A stretch of 64,000 nucleotides of DNA from an uncultured Alphaproteobacteria bacterium (GTDB lineage: Bacteria; Pseudomonadota; Alphaproteobacteria; JAPOUT01; G958296285), in NCBI GenBank assembly GCA_958296285.1, contig OY282459.1, positions 1,282,762 to 1,346,761 on the forward strand, written 5' to 3'. Below are positions 43,024 through 55,421 of the stretch, piece after piece; position 1 is the stretch's first letter, and each line of letters begins with the position of its first letter. The translations under genes were made by a program, and so were the position numbers. The notes under the pieces are model-generated. The model did not search any database. It was not told the origin of the DNA and saw nothing but the letters and a program-made list of their open reading frames with translations.

Positions 43024-43494
43024 TTACCAGCGATAATGGGAGAAGGCGCGATTGGCTTCCGCCATGCGGTGGGCGTCCTCGCGCTTCCTGACCGCGCCGC
43101 CTCGGTTGTTGGAGGCGTCTAGGAACTCGCTGCGGAGCCGCGCCGACATGGACTGTTCAGATCGCGCGCGCGCGGCGTGAATAAGCCATGAGATGGCGAG
43201 GGCGCGTCCGCGCTCCGGGCGGACTTCCACCGGGATTTGGTATGTCGCGCCGCCGACTCGGCGCGAGCGCACTTCCGCCGACGGCGTCACATTTTTAAGA
43301 GCCGTGTCAAAAAGTTCCAGAGGCTCCGCGCCGGCCTTTTCGGCGGCTTCGGCGAGGGCGTCATAGAAAATCTTGGCGGAAACGGATTTCCTGCCCTCGC
43401 GCATCATGCAATTCATAAATTTGCTGACGACAACGCTCCCATATTTCGGGTCGGGGATCATTTCGCGCTTATGGGTTCTGCGGCGGCGGGACAT
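43024..43494 (-). CDS. rpsG: 30S ribosomal protein S7
   Basis: [26 protein letters not shown]. Confidence 0.96.
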   Translation of the reverse strand: MSRRRRTHKREMIPDPKYGSVVVSKFMNCMMREGRKSVSAKIFYDALAEAAEKAGAEPLELFDTALKNVTPSAEVRSRRVGGATYQIPVEVRPERGRALAISWLIHAARARSEQSMSARLRSEFLDASNNRGGAVRKREDAHRMAEANRAFSHYRW

Positions 43495-43512
43495 GGCGAG
43501 GTTCTCTTTTCT

Positions 43513-43884
43513 TTATTTCGGACGCTTCGCGCCATATTTGGATCGGCGCTGCTTGCGATCTTTGATTCCGTGCGTGTCCAATGATCCTCGCACGATATGG
43601 TATCGGACGCCGGGGAGGTCTCGGACGCGCCCGCCTCGCACCAAAACGACAGCATGTTCTTGGAGATTATGTCCTTCGCCCGGAATATAGGCGGTCACCT
43701 CGCGCCCATTGGTCAGACGGACGCGCGCGACTTTTCGGAGCGCCGAGTTCGGTTTTTTCGGCGTGGTCGTATAGACGCGCGTGCAGACGCCGCGCTTCTG
43801 CGGACAAGACATCAGCGCCGGCGCCTTATTGTGTCTCACGACTCTGCGGCGCGGATGGCGTATCAGCTGGTTGATCGTCGGCAC
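43513..43884 (-). CDS. rpsL: 30S ribosomal protein S12 (GTG start)
   Basis: (M)[13 protein letters not shown]...[11 protein letters not shown]. The upstream ORF-track extension is rejected. Confidence 0.95.
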   Translation of the reverse strand: MPTINQLIRHPRRRVVRHNKAPALMSCPQKRGVCTRVYTTTPKKPNSALRKVARVRLTNGREVTAYIPGEGHNLQEHAVVLVRGGRVRDLPGVRYHIVRGSLDTHGIKDRKQRRSKYGAKRPK

Positions 43885-44095
43885 GCGAGACCCCTTTCCA
43901 TGCAAAGCAAGACTGTCCGACACGCGCGACACGCCTGCCTTTGGGACAGGCATTGTCAAGCGGAAGGAACAGCGCCTCAATTGTTCTTTTCGCCAACGCG
44001 CCGCCGGCGTTTGGACTTCTCCACCGCCCCGGCAACGCGAAGGTGGTCAAAAAATAGCCGCGAAGCCCTCTTCGGTCAAGCCCCAAAGGGAGTTT

Positions 44096-44845
44096 TCATA
44101 CCCAGCCGCGAGACATGCAGGCCGGGCAGTGGCATGAATCTGTTGGAATCTTGTAATGGACCAAGCCGTGCATCACACCCTTATTTTTATCAAAGCGTCC
44201 GGCAATGTGATCAAAATAGCGAGCGTCCTTTTGCTCATAGCGCCTCCAAACCGCCCAAGCCAAGAGATCCGCAATTTGAATCAGGCGCGAAGCGGCGGAA
44301 TCGACAAATAAAGGGACTTCGGCAAGATTATGAAGTTTGCCCCATTGTGTGCCTTGCTGACGAAACCGCTGCGCGAGTCCTTGCAGAGTATTCTCATAAT
44401 GGGATTTATCCATGACGATCAGCCCACGATGAATATCCTGATTTTTTGACGCTGACCGAAAGAGGAACATGTTGAAGCGGTTGCAGATTTCTTCAAAGGC
44501 GTATTCAACAGAGTCGCCAGTCGTTCGCGCTCCCTTATCCACGATGACAGCAAAAGCCTTCACGCTCCAATGCGCGCTGTTAAGCAAATTCAACCCTTGC
44601 TCAATAGTATCAAGACGCTTCTGCCGCGCCATGCCTTTCCATGGCGCTCTCTTTCCTGTCGCCATCAAACTGGCATGAAGCTCAACATCGCCAGGGGCGC
44701 CAATCCCTAGAGACTCAACGAAATTGTCTGCTTCAGAAATGAGGTGATAGATTTGCCGCTCAAAAACCGCAACTCCGGCAAGAACAAAATGGCGCTCATT
44801 CGGGTTCCTAACGGAACCAGAACCGTCCAAATAAAGCAAATACAT
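44096..44845 (-). CDS. DUF3800-family protein, low-GC gene inserted between rpoC and the rpsL leader
   Basis: N-terminal MYLLYLDGSGS (YxDxSG-type motif), C-terminal RLIQIADLLAWAV (QxADL motif), ~250 aa. GC is ~48-50% versus >60% flanks. No ortholog expected at this conserved junction. Confidence 0.6.
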   Translation of the reverse strand: MYLLYLDGSGSVRNPNERHFVLAGVAVFERQIYHLISEADNFVESLGIGAPGDVELHASLMATGKRAPWKGMARQKRLDTIEQGLNLLNSAHWSVKAFAVIVDKGARTTGDSVEYAFEEICNRFNMFLFRSASKNQDIHRGLIVMDKSHYENTLQGLAQRFRQQGTQWGKLHNLAEVPLFVDSAASRLIQIADLLAWAVWRRYEQKDARYFDHIAGRFDKNKGVMHGLVHYKIPTDSCHCPACMSRGWV

Positions 44846-44996
44846 GAAAGACAGCCTCCAAAAAGGCAAATGCAGCCAGGTGGAGCATTAACTCGCTCCA
44901 GCAGACCGTGACAGCCACAGCCTTCCCGACCACAAAAGGAAATTTGGCGCGGCTAACGCCGAAAGTCAAGAACAAAAGCCGAAAGCAACGACAACA

Positions 44997-47900
44997 TTAA
45001 ACGGGATTGCCCTCTTTGACGACAAGATTCTCGTCAGCCTCAGGCGGCGGCAGAACAGGCTGCTCGGAAGAAGGATCCGGGCGAATCGTCTGCCGCGCCT
45101 CCAACTCCTTTCGCGCCTCTTCATCACGGCGCTCCGCCTCGCGGCGCAGCTGCTGAAGCATCCTGCCCGTCCCCGCCGGAATAAGCCGTCCGACAATGAC
45201 ATTCTCCTTCAGCCCCGTCAGCGAATCCACGCGCCCCTTGGCGGCGGCGTCCGTCAGAATCCGAGTCGTCTCCTGAAAAGACGCCGCCGATATGAAAGAC
45301 CGCGTCTGCAAAGACGCCTTCGTAATCCCAAGCAGAACAGGCTTGCCCTTGGCGGGCTTCTTCCCCTCCTCCTCCAGCGCGCGATTCGCGTCTTCAAAAT
45401 CCAGCCTGTCCTCTTGGTCGCCGACAAGAAAATGCGAATCGCCAACCTCCGTGATCTCAACCTTCTGCAGCATCTGCCGAATGATCACCTCTATATGCTT
45501 GTCGCTGATCCGAACCCCTTGAAGCCGATAGACTTCCTGAATGCCGTCTATCAGATAATGGGCGAGAGTCTCCACGCCGAAAATATCCAGAATGTCATGC
45601 GGCGCGGAATGTCCGTCCAGCAGGAGTTCGCCCTTCTCCACTTCGTCTCCGTCCCGCACCAAGAGATGCTGCCCTTTCGGAATGAGATACTTTACCGGCT
45701 CGCCGTCAGAGCCTTCCGGCGGATCAATGCGGATGCTTCGCTTGCTCTTATAGTCGCTGGCGAAGACGACTCTGCCGCTAATATCGGCGATGATCGCGCA
45801 ATCGCGGGGTCGTCTCGCCTCAAACAATTCGGCGACTCGGGGAAGTCCGCCGGTGATGTCGCGGGTTCTGGCGCTCTCCACCGAGATTCGCGCCATGACG
45901 TCGCCGGCGCGAATCGTCATGCCGGGCTCGCAGGAGAGAATCGCGTCCACCGACAGAAGATAACGCGCCTCGCCGCCATTCTTGAGGCGCGAGATTTCGC
46001 CGTCCTTGCCCTTGATGACGAGCGCCGGACGCAGTTCGGCGCTGCCCTGATGAAGATGCCAGTCCAAAACAACCCTCTGCACGATGCCTGTCGTCTCATC
46101 GGCGACCTCCTTCATGGAGATGCCGTCTCGCAAATCCTCATAGCCCACCACGCCGTCCAGATCGGCGATGATGGGCTTGGTGTAGGGATCCCATTCGGCA
46201 AGACGCTCGCCGGCTTTGACCTTCGCCTTGTCGGAGACTTTCAGAATCGCGCCCTGGGTCAATTTGTGAGACATCCGCTCCACGCCTTTGCCGTCCAGCA
46301 GACGGAGCAGAGTCTGCCGCCCCATCGCGACCATGTCGCCGGCGGAATTCTTGACGATTTCGCCCTTCTCAATCAGAATCTTGCCGGCGCAGATCGATTC
46401 CACAAAAGACGCGTCCACAAGCTGCGCCGCCCCGCCAATATGGAACGTCCGCATCGTCAGCTGCGTCCCCGGCTCGCCAATGGACTGCGCCGCGATGATC
46501 CCGATCGCTTCGCCGACATTGATCAGAGTCCCGCGCGCCAAATCGCGCCCATAGCACAGGCCGCAAACGCCCTCGCGCGTCTGGCACGTCAGAGCCGATC
46601 GGACCCGCGCCTGCGACAAATCCGCCTTGCCAATCGCTTCGGCTGTCGCCTCTTCAATCAGCTGGTTCGCCGGGGCGAGAATCTCGCCGCTTTCAGGATC
46701 TTTGATGTCCTCAATCGGGACGCGCCCCAAAAGGCGCAGCGACAGCGGCGTCAAGATTTGCCCGCCCTCCTCCACAGAGCGCAGAACAATGCCCTCCTTC
46801 GCGCCGCAATCCTCCTCCACGATCACGCAGTCCTGCGCGACATCCACCAGACGCCGCGTCAAATAGCCCGAATTGGCGGTCTTGATCGCCGTGTCCGCCA
46901 AGCCCTTTCGCGCGCCGTGGGTGGAGTTGAAATATTCCAAGACCGTCAGACCTTCCTTAAAATTGGAAATGATCGGCGTCTCAATGATCTCGCCGGACGG
47001 ACGCGCCATCAGACCGCGCATCCCGGCAAGCTGCTTCATCTGCGCCGGCGATCCCCGCGCGCCCGAATGCGCCATCATATGGAGCGAATTGTTCGGAGTC
47101 TGCCGCCCCGTCTTTTTGTCAAAGGCGGGGCTGGAAATGCCGCTGCTCATCACATCGGCGACCCGATCCGTGCATTTAGACCAAGCGTCCACGACCTTAT
47201 TATATTTCTCGCCCCGCGTGATCAAGCCTTCGGCATATTGCTTCTCATATTCGGCGGTGAGGCGGCGCGTTTCTTCCACGAGAGCGTTCTTCTCCGGCGG
47301 CACCAGCATGTCGTCCTTGCCCAGCGAAATGCCCGCCTTGCAAGCCTCGCCGAAGCCCATCTCCATAATGCGATCGCAGAAAATCACCGTCTCCTTCTGC
47401 CCGCAATGGCGATAGACGGCATCCACCATCTCGGAGATCTCGCCCTTCGTCAGAAGGCGATTGATCAGATCGTATGACAAATTGGGATGCTCCGGCAGAA
47501 GCTCGCCCAATCTCATGCGTCCCGGGGTCGTCTCCACGATCTCTTCGCCGCGGCGGGCGCGTATTTTGGCGTGGAGAGTCACGACCCCCGCTTCCAAAGC
47601 ATGCTCTATTTCGGGGACGCTTCCGAAGATCATGCCTTCGCCCGGCTCTTTCTCGCGCATCATGGAGAGATAATAGAGTCCCAGAACAATGTCCTTGCTG
47701 GGAACGATGATCGGCGTGCCGTCGGCGGGGTGGAGAATGTTGTTCGTGGACATCATAAGCACGCGCGCCTCTATCTGCGCTTCCAAAGAGAGCGGAACAT
47801 GGACGGCCATCTGATCGCCGTCAAAATCGGCGTTGAAGGCGGCGCAGACCAACGGGTGCAGCTGAATGGCTTTCCCCTCCACAAGGACAGGCTCAAAGGC

Positions 47901-49211
47901 TTGAATGCCCAGCCTGTGAAGAGTCGGCGCGCGATTCAGAAGAACAGGATGCTCGCGGATGACGGCGTCCAGCATATCCCAAACTTGCGGATCGCCGATC
48001 TCTATCAGTTTTCGCGCATGTTTCAGAGTCGTGCAGATGCCATAGGCGATCAAGCGCGAATAGACGAAAGGCTTGAAAAGTTCCAAAGCCATGCGCTTCG
48101 GCAGTCCGCATTGATGGAGTTTTAACTCCGGCCCCACCACGATCACCGAGCGCCCCGAATAATCCACGCGCTTGCCCAGCAGATTCTGCCGAAAACGTCC
48201 CTGCTTGCCCTTCAGCATGTCGGACAGGGATTTTAATGCCCTCTTGCCGATTCCGGTGATGGCGCGGGCGCGGCGTCCATTGTCAAAGAGGGCGTCCACC
48301 GCCTCCTGAAGCATCCGCTTCTCATTGCGGATGATGATGTCCGGCGCGCGGAGCTCGGAAAGACGTTTTAAGCGATTGTTCCGATTGATGACGCGCCGAT
48401 AGAGATCGTTCAAATCGGAGGTGGCGAAACGTCCGCCGTCCAGCGGCACGAGAGGGCGCAGATCGGGCGGCAGCACCGGCAGAACCGTCAGAATCATCCA
48501 TTCCGGACGATTGCCCGAATCGATGAACGCCTCCGTCAATTTGCGGCGCTTGATGAGTTTTTTCAATTTCGCCTCAGAGCGGGTTTTCTCCATCTCGGCG
48601 CATATTTTCTCGCGGAGCTCCTTCAGATCCAACTCGGCGAGAATGGCGCGCACGGCTTCCGCGCCCATGCCGGCGGTGAAAGCGTCTTCGCCGAAATCTT
48701 CCTTTCTCGCCTGATATTCCTCCTCTCTGAGAGTCTCGCCGATTTTGAGCTCCGTCATGCCCGGCTCCACGACGATATATTTCTCAAAATAGAGAACCTG
48801 CTCCAGCTCTTTGAGAGACATTTCCAGCATCAGCGCGATGCGGCTCGGCAGCGATTTCAAGAACCAGATATGCGCCACAGGCGCGGCGAGATCAATATGC
48901 CCCATCCGCTCGCGGCGCGTCTTGGAAAGAGTCACCTCCACGCCGCATTTCTCGCAGACCACCCCCTTATGCTTCATGCGCTTATATTTCCCGCACAGAC
49001 ACTCATAATCTTTGGTCGGGCCAAAAATGCGCGCGCAGAACAATCCCTCGCGCTCCGGCTTAAAAGTGCGATAATTGATCGTCTCAGGCTTTCTGATCTC
49101 GCCATGAGACCAAGCATGAATGCGCTCAGGACTCGCGATCCCGATCTTGATCGCGTCAAAGCCCTGCCCGGCGCCCGCCGGATTCAACAGATTGACAATG
49201 TTCTGATTCAT
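44997..49211 (-). CDS. rpoC: DNA-directed RNA polymerase beta' subunit
   Basis: 1404 aa, NADFDGDQM active-site motif. Confidence 0.98.
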   Translation of the reverse strand: MNQNIVNLLNPAGAGQGFDAIKIGIASPERIHAWSHGEIRKPETINYRTFKPEREGLFCARIFGPTKDYECLCGKYKRMKHKGVVCEKCGVEVTLSKTRRERMGHIDLAAPVAHIWFLKSLPSRIALMLEMSLKELEQVLYFEKYIVVEPGMTELKIGETLREEEYQARKEDFGEDAFTAGMGAEAVRAILAELDLKELREKICAEMEKTRSEAKLKKLIKRRKLTEAFIDSGNRPEWMILTVLPVLPPDLRPLVPLDGGRFATSDLNDLYRRVINRNNRLKRLSELRAPDIIIRNEKRMLQEAVDALFDNGRRARAITGIGKRALKSLSDMLKGKQGRFRQNLLGKRVDYSGRSVIVVGPELKLHQCGLPKRMALELFKPFVYSRLIAYGICTTLKHARKLIEIGDPQVWDMLDAVIREHPVLLNRAPTLHRLGIQAFEPVLVEGKAIQLHPLVCAAFNADFDGDQMAVHVPLSLEAQIEARVLMMSTNNILHPADGTPIIVPSKDIVLGLYYLSMMREKEPGEGMIFGSVPEIEHALEAGVVTLHAKIRARRGEEIVETTPGRMRLGELLPEHPNLSYDLINRLLTKGEISEMVDAVYRHCGQKETVIFCDRIMEMGFGEACKAGISLGKDDMLVPPEKNALVEETRRLTAEYEKQYAEGLITRGEKYNKVVDAWSKCTDRVADVMSSGISSPAFDKKTGRQTPNNSLHMMAHSGARGSPAQMKQLAGMRGLMARPSGEIIETPIISNFKEGLTVLEYFNSTHGARKGLADTAIKTANSGYLTRRLVDVAQDCVIVEEDCGAKEGIVLRSVEEGGQILTPLSLRLLGRVPIEDIKDPESGEILAPANQLIEEATAEAIGKADLSQARVRSALTCQTREGVCGLCYGRDLARGTLINVGEAIGIIAAQSIGEPGTQLTMRTFHIGGAAQLVDASFVESICAGKILIEKGEIVKNSAGDMVAMGRQTLLRLLDGKGVERMSHKLTQGAILKVSDKAKVKAGERLAEWDPYTKPIIADLDGVVGYEDLRDGISMKEVADETTGIVQRVVLDWHLHQGSAELRPALVIKGKDGEISRLKNGGEARYLLSVDAILSCEPGMTIRAGDVMARISVESARTRDITGGLPRVAELFEARRPRDCAIIADISGRVVFASDYKSKRSIRIDPPEGSDGEPVKYLIPKGQHLLVRDGDEVEKGELLLDGHSAPHDILDIFGVETLAHYLIDGIQEVYRLQGVRISDKHIEVIIRQMLQKVEITEVGDSHFLVGDQEDRLDFEDANRALEEEGKKPAKGKPVLLGITKASLQTRSFISAASFQETTRILTDAAAKGRVDSLTGLKENVIVGRLIPAGTGRMLQQLRREAERRDEEARKELEARQTIRPDPSSEQPVLPPPEADENLVVKEGNPV

Positions 49212-52200
49212 TCCTGAACCTCCGGAAGTGCGGGCGCGACAGGCTGCGCGCGAGGAGATTCCACATTTAAGCCGAGAGCGCGCATTTCCATCATCAGGAC
49301 GTTAAAACTCTCAGGGATTCCTGCCGAGAAGGTGTCGCCGCCCTGCACGATTTGCTCATAGGCTTTGGTGCGTCCGGCGACATCGTCCGATTTGATCGTC
49401 AGCATTTCTTGGAGCGTATAGCAGGCGCCATAGGCTTCCAGCGCCCAGACTTCCATCTCGCCGAAGCGCTGTCCTCCGAACTGCGCCTTCCCGCCCAAAG
49501 GCTGCTGCGTCACCAAACTGTAGGGGCCAACGGAGCGCGCGTGAATCTTCTCATCCACCAGATGATGCAGTTTGAGCATATAGATATAGCCGACTGTCAC
49601 ATCGCGCGCGAAAGGATCGCCGGTGCGCCCGTCATAAAGCGTGACTTGTCCCGAAGGATCCAGTTCGGCATTTTTCAGAAGTTCCGCGATCTCCTTCTCC
49701 TGAACCCCCTCAAAGACAGGACCCGCCACAGGAACGCCTTCGGAAAGAATATCGCCGATCGCGGCGGCGTTATCGTCCGAAAGGGAGGAGATTTTCTGAT
49801 CCTGATAGAGATCGGCGATTTTCTCTTTCAGATCTTTGCTGTCGTTGGAATCCCGATAGGCTTGCAAGGCGCGTCCGATCTGCTGTCCCATGCCGGCGCA
49901 GGCCCAGCCCAGATGCGTTTCCAAAATCTGTCCGACATTCATCCGAGACGGCACGCCCAGCGGATTGAGAACAATATCCACAGGCGTTCCGTCTTCCAGA
50001 TGCGGCATGTCCTCTATCGGGAGAATCTTGCTGACCACGCCCTTATTGCCGTGCCGCCCCGCCATTTTGTCGCCCTGCTGAATCTTGCGCTTGACGGCGA
50101 CAAACACCTTGACGACCTTCATCACGCCGGGCGGCAGATCGTCTCCCTGCTGAAGTTTTCCGGACTTGGCGTTAAAAATATCTTCCAGACGCTTGCGCCC
50201 TTCGTCAAAACTGGCGCGGAGCGTTTCCACCTCGCGCATCGCCGGATCGCTCTTGAGGGATATGTCCCACCATTGATGGCGGGGCGTCTCGTCCAGCATG
50301 GCATCGGTGATCCGCGCCGGGCGCTTGTTGATGACGGCTTGCTTGTTCAGAAGGAGCTCGTGAAGACGCTGATAGACATTGCGGCTCAAAACGGCGAGTT
50401 CGTCATCGCGGTCGCGGGCGAGGCGATCCACGCCGTGGCGCTCCACCGAAAGGGCGCGCTCGTCCTTCTCCACGCCGTGGCGGTTGAAAATGCGAACCTC
50501 CACGACCGTCCCTGACGCGCCCGGCGGCAGACGCAAAGAGGTATCCCGCACCTCGGACGCCTTCTCGCCAAAAATGGATCGCAGCAGCCTTTCTTCCGGG
50601 GTCATCGGCATTTCGCTTTTCGGGGTCGTCTTGCCGATCAGAATGTCGCCGGCCTGCACCTGCGCGCCGATATAGGCGATTCCGACTTCGTCCAAATGGC
50701 GCAGCGCTTCTTCGCCGGCATTGGGGACATCGCGGGTGATCTCTTCAGGCCCGAGTTTCGTGTCGCGGCACGCCGCCTCAAACTCCTCTATATGAATGGA
50801 GGTGAAGGTGTCGTCTATGACGAGGCGCTCGGAAATCAGGATGGAATCCTCAAAATTGTAGCCGTGCCACGGCATGAACGCCGCCAAGACATTCCGACCC
50901 AGAGCAAGCTCGCCATGATCAATCGCCTGTCCATCGGCGATGATCTCGCCTTTCTCCACGCGCTGCCCTCTATGGACGAGGGTTATTTGGTTGATGCAGG
51001 TGCTTTGGTTGGATCGCTGGAATTTGCGAAGATTGTAAATATCCACGCCCGGATCGGACGGATCCAGACTCTCGGTCGCCCGAATGAAAATGCGCTTCGC
51101 ATCCACCTGATCCACAACGCCCGACCGCCGCGCCACGACCGCCGCGCCAGAATCGCGCGCGACAACCGATTCCATGCCCGTCCCGACAAGCGGCGCCTGC
51201 GATTTCAACAGCGGAACCGCCTGCCTCTGCATATTGGAGCCCATCAGCGCGCGGTTGGCGTCATCATTTTCCAAAAACGGAATCAGCGCCGCCGCGATGG
51301 AAACGATCTGTCTCGGCGAAACATCTATCAGATCCACTTTCTCCGGCGACACGGTCTCAAAGCCGCCATTGAAGCGGCAATTGATCGATTCCTCGGTGAT
51401 GCGCTTTTTGTCGTCCAGCGCGATGCTCGCCTGGGCGATATGGTAGCGATTCTCCTCAATCGCCGAGAGATAGACGATCTCCTCCGTGACCCGCGCGTTC
51501 TTGACCCGACAATAGGCGCTCTCAATCAGACCATATTGGTTGATCCGCGCATAGGTCGCGAGCGAATTGATCAGACCGATATTCGGCCCCTCCGGCGTCT
51601 CCACAGGGCAGATGCGTCCGTAATGAGTCGGATGGACGTCCCGCACCTGAAAGCCGGCGCGCTCCCGCGTCAGACCGCCGGGGCCGAGCGCCGAGATGCG
51701 TCTTTTATGCGTGACTTCCGAGAGCGGATTGGTCTGATCCATAAATTGCGACAATTGCGAAGAGCCGAAAAACTCCTTGACCATCGCCGTGACAGTCTTG
51801 GCGTTGATCAGATCCTGCGGCATGATGTTGTCAATCTCCACCTGATTCATGCGCTCGCGGACAGCGCGCTGCATCCGCGCCAAGCCCATCCGATATTGGT
51901 TTTCCATCAGCTCGCCGACTGAGCGGACGCGTCTGTTGCCCAGATTGTCAATATCGTCCACCTCGCCTTTGCCGTCTCGCAGATCTATCAGGGTTCGCAT
52001 GACGGCGAGAATGTCGTCTTTCCTGAGGGTTCCCATATCGTCCGGCGCGTCCAGATTGAGGCGGATGTTCATCTTGACGCGCCCCGCCGCCGAAAGATCG
52101 TAGCGCTCTTTGTTGAAGAAGAGATCTTGGAACATTTTTTTCGCGGCTTCGGCGGTCGGCGTGTCGCCCGGACGCATGACGCGATAGACTTCCTGCAGCG

Positions 52201-53308
52201 CTTCTTCCTGATTCTCGCATTTGTCGGCTTCCAAAGTCGCGCGGATATAGGCTTTCCCCAAAGATTCCACATCCAGCACGTCAAAATTCTTGACGCCGCT
52301 CTCTTGGAATTTTTGAGACAATTCGGCGTCTATCTCCGCGCCGGCGGCGGCGAGAATCTCGCCCGTGTCGGAATGGACGACAGCGGACGCCAAATAGCGA
52401 TCCCGCATGGACTCCCACAGCGCGAAGAGACCCTTCTTGCCTTTCTCAGACAAAAGACGGCTGATCCGCCCGGTGATCTTCTCGCCGGCCTCCACAAGGC
52501 GCGTCCCTTCGGAATCATGGAGATCATGCGGCACGCGAAGCCCTCGCAGAGAATCCGGAGACGCCATCATGCGCCAGCCATTCGCCGCGCGCTTATAAGA
52601 CAGAGTCCCATGAAAAGCGCGCAAAATCTCCTCCTTCTCCATGCCCAGAGCGTAGAGCAGAACGGTCGCCGGAATCTTGCGCCGCCGATCCATCCGCGCA
52701 TGCAGAACGTCCTTCGCGTCAAATTCAAAATCCATCCAAGAGCCGCGATACGGAATGATCCGCGCCGCGAAAAGAAATTTTCCCGAAGAATGAGTCTTGC
52801 CCTTGTCGTGATCAAAAAAGACGCCCGGACTCCGATGCATCTGCGAAACGACAACCCGCTCCGCCCCATTAACGACAAAAGTGCCATTGTCGGTCATCAG
52901 CGGCAGATCGCCCATATAGACCGACTGCTCTTTGGAATTCTTCATCGTCTTCGCGCCCGTTTTCTCGTCAATGTCAAAGACGATGAGCCTGAGCGTCAAT
53001 TTGATCGCGGCTTCATAGGTCATGCCGCGATGGCGGCACTCTTCCACGTCATATTTCGGATCGTCAAACTGGTAGTCCAAGAAATGCAGCTCGGCGTTCC
53101 CCTGATAATTCTCTATCGGGAAAGCGCCGCCGAGCGCCGCTTGCAAGCCGATCTCCTCGCGCTTGCCCTTCTTGGGCTTCGCCAGCTGCAGAAAACCGGC
53201 GTAAGACGATTTTTGCACCTCAATGAGATTCGGCATATGCCCGGCGCGCCGACTGTCGCCGAAGAATTTGCGAAGCCTCATGCGCTGAGGCGCGGAAAGA
53301 TGAGTCAT
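49208..53308 (-). CDS. rpoB: DNA-directed RNA polymerase beta subunit
   Basis: 1366 aa. RLRKFFGDS...[13 protein letters not shown]-terminus. Exact start (M1 vs M10) uncertain. Confidence 0.97.
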   Translation of the reverse strand: MTHLSAPQRMRLRKFFGDSRRAGHMPNLIEVQKSSYAGFLQLAKPKKGKREEIGLQAALGGAFPIENYQGNAELHFLDYQFDDPKYDVEECRHRGMTYEAAIKLTLRLIVFDIDEKTGAKTMKNSKEQSVYMGDLPLMTDNGTFVVNGAERVVVSQMHRSPGVFFDHDKGKTHSSGKFLFAARIIPYRGSWMDFEFDAKDVLHARMDRRRKIPATVLLYALGMEKEEILRAFHGTLSYKRAANGWRMMASPDSLRGLRVPHDLHDSEGTRLVEAGEKITGRISRLLSEKGKKGLFALWESMRDRYLASAVVHSDTGEILAAAGAEIDAELSQKFQESGVKNFDVLDVESLGKAYIRATLEADKCENQEEALQEVYRVMRPGDTPTAEAAKKMFQDLFFNKERYDLSAAGRVKMNIRLNLDAPDDMGTLRKDDILAVMRTLIDLRDGKGEVDDIDNLGNRRVRSVGELMENQYRMGLARMQRAVRERMNQVEIDNIMPQDLINAKTVTAMVKEFFGSSQLSQFMDQTNPLSEVTHKRRISALGPGGLTRERAGFQVRDVHPTHYGRICPVETPEGPNIGLINSLATYARINQYGLIESAYCRVKNARVTEEIVYLSAIEENRYHIAQASIALDDKKRITEESINCRFNGGFETVSPEKVDLIDVSPRQIVSIAAALIPFLENDDANRALMGSNMQRQAVPLLKSQAPLVGTGMESVVARDSGAAVVARRSGVVDQVDAKRIFIRATESLDPSDPGVDIYNLRKFQRSNQSTCINQITLVHRGQRVEKGEIIADGQAIDHGELALGRNVLAAFMPWHGYNFEDSILISERLVIDDTFTSIHIEEFEAACRDTKLGPEEITRDVPNAGEEALRHLDEVGIAYIGAQVQAGDILIGKTTPKSEMPMTPEERLLRSIFGEKASEVRDTSLRLPPGASGTVVEVRIFNRHGVEKDERALSVERHGVDRLARDRDDELAVLSRNVYQRLHELLLNKQAVINKRPARITDAMLDETPRHQWWDISLKSDPAMREVETLRASFDEGRKRLEDIFNAKSGKLQQGDDLPPGVMKVVKVFVAVKRKIQQGDKMAGRHGNKGVVSKILPIEDMPHLEDGTPVDIVLNPLGVPSRMNVGQILETHLGWACAGMGQQIGRALQAYRDSNDSKDLKEKIADLYQDQKISSLSDDNAAAIGDILSEGVPVAGPVFEGVQEKEIAELLKNAELDPSGQVTLYDGRTGDPFARDVTVGYIYMLKLHHLVDEKIHARSVGPYSLVTQQPLGGKAQFGGQRFGEMEVWALEAYGACYTLQEMLTIKSDDVAGRTKAYEQIVQGGDTFSAGIPESFNVLMMEMRALGLNVESPRAQPVAPALPEVQE

Positions 53309-53333
53309 GTCAGAAGAATCCCAAAAAGCGTGA

Positions 53334-53708
53334 TCATTTCAGCTCCACGCCGGCGCCGGCGGCTTCCAGCTTTTTCTTGATCTCTTCGGCTTCGCCTTTA
53401 GGCACGTCGCTCTTGACGTCTTTCGGCGCGCCCTCCACCAAATCCTTCGCCTCCTTCAAGCCTAGACCGGTGATGGCGCGAACCTCCTTGATGACGTTGA
53501 TCTTCTTGTCGCCGACAGAGACGAGGTGAACGGTGAAACTGTCCTTCTCCTCCGCCGCCGAGCCTTCCGCGCCCGCCGCCGCCGCGACAGGCGCGGCGAC
53601 CGCCGCCGCCGAAACGCCCCATTGCTCTTCCAGCATCTTGGCGAGTTCCGCCGCCTGCAGCACTGTCAGTTTGGACAGATCTTTGGCGATTTTTTCCAGA
53701 TCAGGCAT
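53334..53708 (-). CDS. rplL: 50S ribosomal protein L7/L12
   Basis: [31 protein letters not shown]. Confidence 0.96.
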   Translation of the reverse strand: MPDLEKIAKDLSKLTVLQAAELAKMLEEQWGVSAAAVAAPVAAAAGAEGSAAEEKDSFTVHLVSVGDKKINVIKEVRAITGLGLKEAKDLVEGAPKDVKSDVPKGEAEEIKKKLEAAGAGVELK

Positions 53709-53726
53709 GGTGATTCTCCTTTAGGG

Positions 53727-54257
53727 TTATTCCGATTTTCCTGCCGAAGCGGCGTAAGCCCCGAAAAGACGGGCGAGATGCGATGCAGGCGCGTTCATCT
53801 GCGCCGCCAACTTCGCGGCAGGCGCCTGCAGAATGCCGACAATCTTGGCGCGGAGCGCGTCCAAAGACGGCAGTTTGGCGAGCGCCTCAATCGCTTCCGG
53901 CGCGAGCGCCGCGCCATCCATGACGCCGCCCAAAATCCTCATGCTCTCATGCTCTTCCGCGAAAGAGATCAGCGCCTTCGGAAGAGCGGTCGCATCGCTT
54001 CCCCACGCGATGGCGGTCGGGCCTTTGAAAAGCGGCGAGAGACTGTCCTCGCAAGGCAGACCTTTTAGCGCCCGAAGCGCGAAACTGTTCTTCGTCACGC
54101 GAAAGAAACTCCCGCTCTCCGACAAATCCGCGCGCAGCTCGGTCAGCGCCGCCACATCCAGCCCGGAATAATGGGCGACGATCACCGTCTCCGCCTCCGC
54201 GAAGACTCCATGAAGAGAGCGCACGCGCTCTTCCTTATCTTGTCGCTGGAGACTCAA
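53727..54257 (-). CDS. rplJ: 50S ribosomal protein L10 (TTG start overlapping rplA stop)
   Basis: [34 protein letters not shown] aligns to L10 N-terminus. Confidence 0.9.
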   Translation of the reverse strand: MSLQRQDKEERVRSLHGVFAEAETVIVAHYSGLDVAALTELRADLSESGSFFRVTKNSFALRALKGLPCEDSLSPLFKGPTAIAWGSDATALPKALISFAEEHESMRILGGVMDGAALAPEAIEALAKLPSLDALRAKIVGILQAPAAKLAAQMNAPASHLARLFGAYAASAGKSE

Positions 54258-54967
54258 ACTCGCGCCTCCCGCGTCAGAACGGTCGCGGCGCGCGGATCCA
54301 CTTTGATGCCGGGACCCATTGTCGCCGAGAGCGCGATCCGCTTGACATAATTGCCTTTCGCGCCGGAAGGCTTCGCCTTCATCAGCGCCTGCAGAAAGGC
54401 TTTCGCATTGGCGAGGAGCTCTTTCTCTCCGAAACTCGCCTTGCCGATCCCAGCATGGACAAGCCCCGCCTTCTCCACGCGAAACTCCACCGCGCCCTGC
54501 TTGATGCGGCGGACAGTCTGTCCGACATCCGCCGTGACCGTGCCTGTTTTCGGATTCGGCATCAAGCCGCGCGGGCCGAGAATCTTCCCCAAACGCCCGA
54601 CCAAAGGCATCATGTCCGGCGAGGCGACACAGCGATCAAAATCCACCGCGCCTTTGGAAATTTTCTCCGCCAGCTCTTCCGCGCCGATTATGTCGGCGCC
54701 GGCCTTTTTCGCCTCCTCCGCCTTGTCGCCGCGCGCGAAAACCGCGACCCGAACTTTGCGCCCCGAGCCATGCGGCAGATCGCAAACGCCGCGCACCATC
54801 TGATCGGCATGTTTGGGATCCACGCCCAAATTGACCGCCATCTCCACAGTCTCGTCAAATTTCGCCTTCGGATGCGCTTTGAGACGCGCGATCGCCTCTT
54901 CCATAGAGAGCAGCGCGTCATCCATGGCTTCGCGGGCTTTTTTCATGCGTTTGCCTTCCTTCGCCAT
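54254..54967 (-). CDS. rplA: 50S ribosomal protein L1
   Basis: 237 aa, [19 protein letters not shown]. Confidence 0.96.
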   Translation of the reverse strand: MAKEGKRMKKAREAMDDALLSMEEAIARLKAHPKAKFDETVEMAVNLGVDPKHADQMVRGVCDLPHGSGRKVRVAVFARGDKAEEAKKAGADIIGAEELAEKISKGAVDFDRCVASPDMMPLVGRLGKILGPRGLMPNPKTGTVTADVGQTVRRIKQGAVEFRVEKAGLVHAGIGKASFGEKELLANAKAFLQALMKAKPSGAKGNYVKRIALSATMGPGIKVDPRAATVLTREARV

Positions 54968-55419
54968 TATTGCCGCACCTCCAGCCCCATGGATCGCGCC
55001 GTGCCGGCGATGATCTTCACGGCGGCGTCTTCATCGGAAGCGCTGAGGTCTTTCATTTTCTCGCGGGCGATCTCGCGGCATTGCGCGACCGTGACTTCGC
55101 CCGCCGTCTCGCGCCCCGGAGTCTTGCCGCCCTTCTCCAACTGCGCCGCGCGCTTCAGATACCAAGAAGCGGGGGGCGTCTTGACGGCGAATTTGTAAGA
55201 TTTGTCGGCATAGATCGTGATGAGAGTCGGCAGAGGAGCGTTTTTCTCCATCGCCTTCGTGGCATCGTTGAACTTGGCGCAGAACTCGGCGATGTTGAGA
55301 CCTCTCTGACCGAGCGCAGGGCCGACAGGCGGCGCGGGATTCGCCTGCCCCGCCGGAAGCTGCAATTTCAGATAGCCCTCAATCTTTTTAGAGGTCTTTT
55401 TCGCCCGCCGTTCCGCCAT
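54967..55419 (-). CDS. rplK: 50S ribosomal protein L11
   Basis: [33 protein letters not shown]. Confidence 0.95.
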   Translation of the reverse strand: MAERRAKKTSKKIEGYLKLQLPAGQANPAPPVGPALGQRGLNIAEFCAKFNDATKAMEKNAPLPTLITIYADKSYKFAVKTPPASWYLKRAAQLEKGGKTPGRETAGEVTVAQCREIAREKMKDLSASDEDAAVKIIAGTARSMGLEVRQ

Positions 55420-55421
55420 GA

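Noticed and set aside
43981-44095. Possible second gene or promoter duplication between rpsL and the DUF3800 gene
   Set aside because: No ORF is present. The region has host-like GC and is most simply the native rpsL leader/promoter.
45414-47477. 687-aa + strand ORF inside rpoC, and similar long antisense ORFs in rpoB (49352-50515, 50696-51922, 52127-53380), secY (29751-30965), ppiD (6981-8174), rarA (24012-25406) and pccB (21747-23090)
   Set aside because: All are opposite essential, well-recognised genes. They are typical stop-codon-poor antisense frames of GC-rich sequence.
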